Below, one piece after another: positions 60,702-64,000 of a stretch of 64,000 bases of DNA (its first letter is position 1; every line of letters begins with the position of its first letter). The notes beneath the pieces were generated by a model. It made no database searches and was not told the DNA's origin. It saw only the letters and a program-made list of their open reading frames with translations. Made by a program: the position numbers and the translations under genes. The stretch is from Caecitellus pseudoparvulus (Eukaryota; Protista; Bigyra: Bicosoecida): assembly GCA_965644315.1 (NCBI GenBank), contig CBFFRQ010000080.1:248001-312000 (forward strand), given 5' to 3'.

Positions 60702-60709
60702 AATGCATT
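60702..60709. promoter_or_regulatory. AATGCATT palindrome, candidate shared 3'-end signal (cyclin/NSUN2)
   Basis: Lies in the 59-nt convergent gap. Confidence 0.65.
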
Positions 60710-60730
60710 TCACACTGGCGGATGGGGCAG

Positions 60731-63700
60731 TCACTCGGCAGCGGCGCCGCCCTGCTCCCCCTCCTCCAACAAGTAGCGCGCTTTCTCTTCCTCTGTGGGC
60801 GCCACGCGCTTCTCCATGATCATGCGCAGCAGGAACGCCTCCCTGTCCTCCTTGCGCACCAAGACGTTGGCAGTGGACGGGTTGCGCCACACCACCGTGG
60901 ACAGAGCTGTGTTCAGGTTGGACGTGTCCAGTCCGTGGCTGGTGGACGACACGACGTCGGCGTCAGCCTCCGTCACCTCCCGCTGCTCGGCGTCGCTGGC
61001 CACTTCCACGGGGGGCATGGGGGACTTGGCGGCCGCCAGCGGGTCGCACACCACCACCACGGCGCCCGTGCCCATGCCTTCCAGAGCCGCTGCGAAGTTC
61101 GTGGGGAGGGAGCTGAGGGACAGGAACTTCCCGCGCCCCACGCGCAGCAAGTGCGCAAAGGTGCTGTTCCCCACAGCGATGACTCGCCTGGTCATGTACT
61201 GAGTGATGTACCGAATGCCCTCAGTGCACACCCGGCGCACGCCCCCAGCCGGCGCCGAATCGTCCAGCAGAGCGTCCCCCGGCGTGCTCTCGGCAGCGAC
61301 GCCGACGCCACCCACCTGCGCAGGGGGCTGTCCACTCGCCTCTGCTGCCTCTTCAGCACGTGCTTTGGCCTCCTCCGCTGACTTCTTGCCACGGTTCAGC
61401 TTCGTGTCGAACATGGGCACGCCGACGTTCACCAGCTTCAGGCGCGTGCACGTGCCTGGCAGGGACAGCATGGCTGCCGCAGCCTCCGACATGTAGTGCA
61501 CGACGCGATCGGAGAACGTCCGCACATACAGCCTGTGGGCGGGGAACGTCGCAGACAGTCCGTAGGTGCGGCGCAGCACCTCATACTCCTCCGCAGCCAG
61601 GGGCTCGTAAGCCACCTTCGTTGTGTCGATGCCCTTCTTGTTCACCTCACTGTTGCGGGGGCGCTTGGAGCCGCCCATTGTGGCTCCGGCAGCAGGCGGG
61701 CCAGCCTCCCCGGCGCCAGCACCAGCTGCAGTGGATGGCCCGCTGTCACCTGTCGCAGCCGTGGGTGCTGCTGCACCGCCTGCGGTCAGGTCTGCGTCCT
61801 TATCCTCTTCGCCACCATCGGGTGTGCCGTCGTCCTCTGCTTCTGTACGGGGCGTGGAGCTTACCTCGGTAGCGCCTTCCGACCCGTCATCCCCCTTGGC
61901 AGCACTGGGTGCCTTCTCAGGCTGCGTCGCAGACACTGCACCAGTCTTGCGTAGCAGGGCGACGAAGAAGCCGCCAGTGTCAGAGTCATGCGGCAGCAGC
62001 CGCAAGCAATGTTGCAAGTTCATCCAGCCAGCCTCCTCGGCGGTGGGGGGCCACATGTACGGCGCCAAGCGCCCAGCAGCCACGGAGCCATCACCACCTG
62101 CCTGAGCCTCTGCCAGCGACGCCTCAGCCGCCTCCACAGCCGCCTGGGCCTCAGGCGTTGGGCTGCCTGCGTCGTCCCCTTCGCCGGCGTCCACGGAGCT
62201 CTCATACCTTGCCCGCTTGGCGGTCTTCAGCGCGTTGCGAGCCCGTCGCACGGACGCAGCCTGCGCCCCTGCCGCGCGTGCAGCGTCGTACGTGGGGTAC
62301 ACCTTCATGGCCGAGTCAAAGACGGTCCAGGTGCTGATGCCTGGCCGGCGCTTGAGACCTGGGAGGGCGGCAGAGGTGTCCACGAGCTCCAGGTTGCCCC
62401 GGAACTCCCGCAGGAGCTGGGCCACGATGGCTTCGTCCTCGATGGGGTTGAAGGTGCAGGTGGAGTACACCATGAGGCCGCCAACCTTGAGGATGGCCAC
62501 GCCACGCCGGGCGATGGCCAGCTGCAGGGGTGCCAGCACGATGCCGTTGCGGGGGGTCCAGTTCTTCCACGCCTCGGCGGTCTTGCGCAGCGTGCCGTCG
62601 CCGCTGCAGGGCGCGTCGCACAGGATGCGGTCGAACATGCCATGGCGCATACGTGCCGAGGGGCCAGAGCGCACCGGGCGTGGTGCCCCTGCTTCAATGG
62701 CCGCGGACAGCTCTTCCATCTCCTGCCGCGCCTTGACCAGGGCCTCAGCAGCAGCAGCGACGGCGTTGCCGGCAGGGGGCCCCTCGGGTCCGGGGTGCAC
62801 CCATGGCTCCACGATGGGCTGCATGGACCCCGCCCCCTTGATGTGGAAGACGTTGGGCACTGACCGACCGTCGTTGCAGGTGACTGCCAAGGAGGCGGAC
62901 TGCAGGGGGCGCAGGCGGTGAGACATCATGTACGCACGCTGGGGGTTGGTGTCGTTGGCCATGACGATGCCGGTAGGGGCAGGGCCACCCTTCACGTGCT
63001 GCGCGTGCAGCGCCTCTAGGAGCTGGGCAGTCTTGCTGCCCGGCGCTGCGCACATGTCCAGGACGATGTGGTGCGGCTGCACATCCAGGAGGAGGGGGGG
63101 GATCATGGACACAGCTTCCTGCCGAAGGATGTCTCCCGTCTCCGTGAATAGCTTCAGCCACTCATGGAAGGCCTTGAGCTGGGGCAGGCGCCGCAGGTCT
63201 CGGCGCGCCAAGGACACGTTCCATGCAGCGTGGTGTGGCACCCAGGGCAGGGAGGTGGGGGCGTCCACTCGTGCGGGAAGTGTGCGCTTCAGGCGCACCA
63301 TGCCGTCGTCTTCCAGGACGCTCACGACGACGTTGGGGTTCGAAGCGTACTCCTCTGGAGAAGAAGCTTTGCCAGTGCCCTGCGTCGACATCACAGCTGC
63401 TGCGGCGGCGTCCTTTTCGCCCTCTGGAGCTGCGGCTGCCGCGGCAGCAGCGGCTGCTTTCGCTGCCTCCGCGCCAGCCGCCAAAGCTTCGCGGTCAGCC
63501 TGCAGGGCCGCATGAGCCGCCTCAAACAGGGAGGGAAAGCGCTCCTGCAGATCTTTCACCAGGGCAGGTGTCAGGGGGCTGTGCTGGTTCATGCGGAAGG
63601 CCGTGGGCAGCGGCGTGAGGAGGGTAGCGGAAAATGCATCCCACTCGTGTTCGCCCACAATGCCCTGTGCCTTGTAGTACGTGTCAAAGTCGGGGTGCCC

Positions 63701-63787
63701 CAGCTGCATGCTCTTGGCTCGGACATCACGCGTGTCGACATTGCGCTTCTTGTTGTTCCACTTCTTTCCCTTCTTGTTGCGGGCCAT
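60731..63787 (-). CDS. NSUN2: tRNA (cytosine-5) methyltransferase NSUN2/Trm4
   Basis: FDTYYKAQGIV, RQEAVSMIPPLLL, VLDMCAAPGSKT, FDRILCDAPCSGDGTLRK, VYSTCTFNPIEDEA, PHDSDTGGFF. Confidence 0.95.
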   Translation of the reverse strand: MARNKKGKKWNNKKRNVDTRDVRAKSMQLGHPDFDTYYKAQGIVGEHEWDAFSATLLTPLPTAFRMNQHSPLTPALVKDLQERFPSLFEAAHAALQADREALAAGAEAAKAAAAAAAAAAPEGEKDAAAAAVMSTQGTGKASSPEEYASNPNVVVSVLEDDGMVRLKRTLPARVDAPTSLPWVPHHAAWNVSLARRDLRRLPQLKAFHEWLKLFTETGDILRQEAVSMIPPLLLDVQPHHIVLDMCAAPGSKTAQLLEALHAQHVKGGPAPTGIVMANDTNPQRAYMMSHRLRPLQSASLAVTCNDGRSVPNVFHIKGAGSMQPIVEPWVHPGPEGPPAGNAVAAAAEALVKARQEMEELSAAIEAGAPRPVRSGPSARMRHGMFDRILCDAPCSGDGTLRKTAEAWKNWTPRNGIVLAPLQLAIARRGVAILKVGGLMVYSTCTFNPIEDEAIVAQLLREFRGNLELVDTSAALPGLKRRPGISTWTVFDSAMKVYPTYDAARAAGAQAASVRRARNALKTAKRARYESSVDAGEGDDAGSPTPEAQAAVEAAEASLAEAQAGGDGSVAAGRLAPYMWPPTAEEAGWMNLQHCLRLLPHDSDTGGFFVALLRKTGAVSATQPEKAPSAAKGDDGSEGATEVSSTPRTEAEDDGTPDGGEEDKDADLTAGGAAAPTAATGDSGPSTAAGAGAGEAGPPAAGATMGGSKRPRNSEVNKKGIDTTKVAYEPLAAEEYEVLRRTYGLSATFPAHRLYVRTFSDRVVHYMSEAAAAMLSLPGTCTRLKLVNVGVPMFDTKLNRGKKSAEEAKARAEEAAEASGQPPAQVGGVGVAAESTPGDALLDDSAPAGGVRRVCTEGIRYITQYMTRRVIAVGNSTFAHLLRVGRGKFLSLSSLPTNFAAALEGMGTGAVVVVCDPLAAAKSPMPPVEVASDAEQREVTEADADVVSSTSHGLDTSNLNTALSTVVWRNPSTANVLVRKEDREAFLLRMIMEKRVAPTEEEKARYLLEEGEQGGAAAE

Positions 63788-64000
63788 GGTGCCTTGGCGG
63801 GGTGGTCTGGCTGGCGCGCTCCTGCTCGGCAAACCACTGCACCCTCGTGGGCGTCGTGGCTGGACTCTGGGCGTCTTCCTTGATGAATTGTGCGCTGCAC
63901 GATTCATCCGCAGGCCTGTGATTTGACGGCCAGATTGAAAGTGCCACGCGGTTCCTGCTGGTTCGCCTCAACCGCAGTTGGTTCAGACACAGCACGCTCG

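Noticed and set aside
405-63883. Many long antisense or alternate-frame ORFs (e.g. 405-1613, 13813-15126, 16157-17308, 20040-21068, 29298-30365)
   Set aside because: Shadows of real genes caused by high GC and third-position bias. They contain no recognisable motifs.
1-64000. Transposons, endogenous virophage or Polinton, CRISPR, selenocysteine or stop-codon reassignment
   Set aside because: No transposase, RT, integrase or capsid motifs, no repeat arrays, and no in-frame stops in conserved domains. All three stop codons are used as terminators.

Overview
GC-rich, very compact eukaryotic nuclear DNA, probably from a flagellated protist. A stramenopile is plausible by inference from DNAAF5, the DAP lysine pathway, a TmcB-like gene and a U/P-type cyclin. 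I can model about 27 protein-coding genes, most split by short GT-AG introns (mostly 63-85 nt, donors GTGCGT/GTGAGY). They are: Psf3, TMEM19, SSRP1, dymeclin, lysA, MCM7, CacyBP, DHCR7, INO1, a DDT/WHIM chromatin protein, a kinesin with two PDZ-like domains, a delta-9 desaturase-cytochrome b5 fusion, an Atg22-like MFS transporter, ChaC, a signal-peptide SET protein, a secreted G1-peptidase-like protein, a TmcB-like PAS membrane protein, DNAAF5, PIG3, Ufd2, an FAD oxidoreductase, a TPR protein, cyclin U, NSUN2 and three hypotheticals. There is also a tRNA-Cys(GCA). No transposon, CRISPR array or rRNA was seen. Two non-coding signals stand out. First, the hexamer AATGCA sits 0-80 nt after most stop codons and becomes the palindrome AATGCATT between convergent genes, which makes it a candidate lineage-specific, bidirectional polyadenylation signal. 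Second, an intergenic box C/D RNA at about 21214-21325 has the architecture and both 18S-antisense elements of U13/snR45, the guide for 18S ac4C acetylation. All calls come from reading the sequence by eye; no searches were run.
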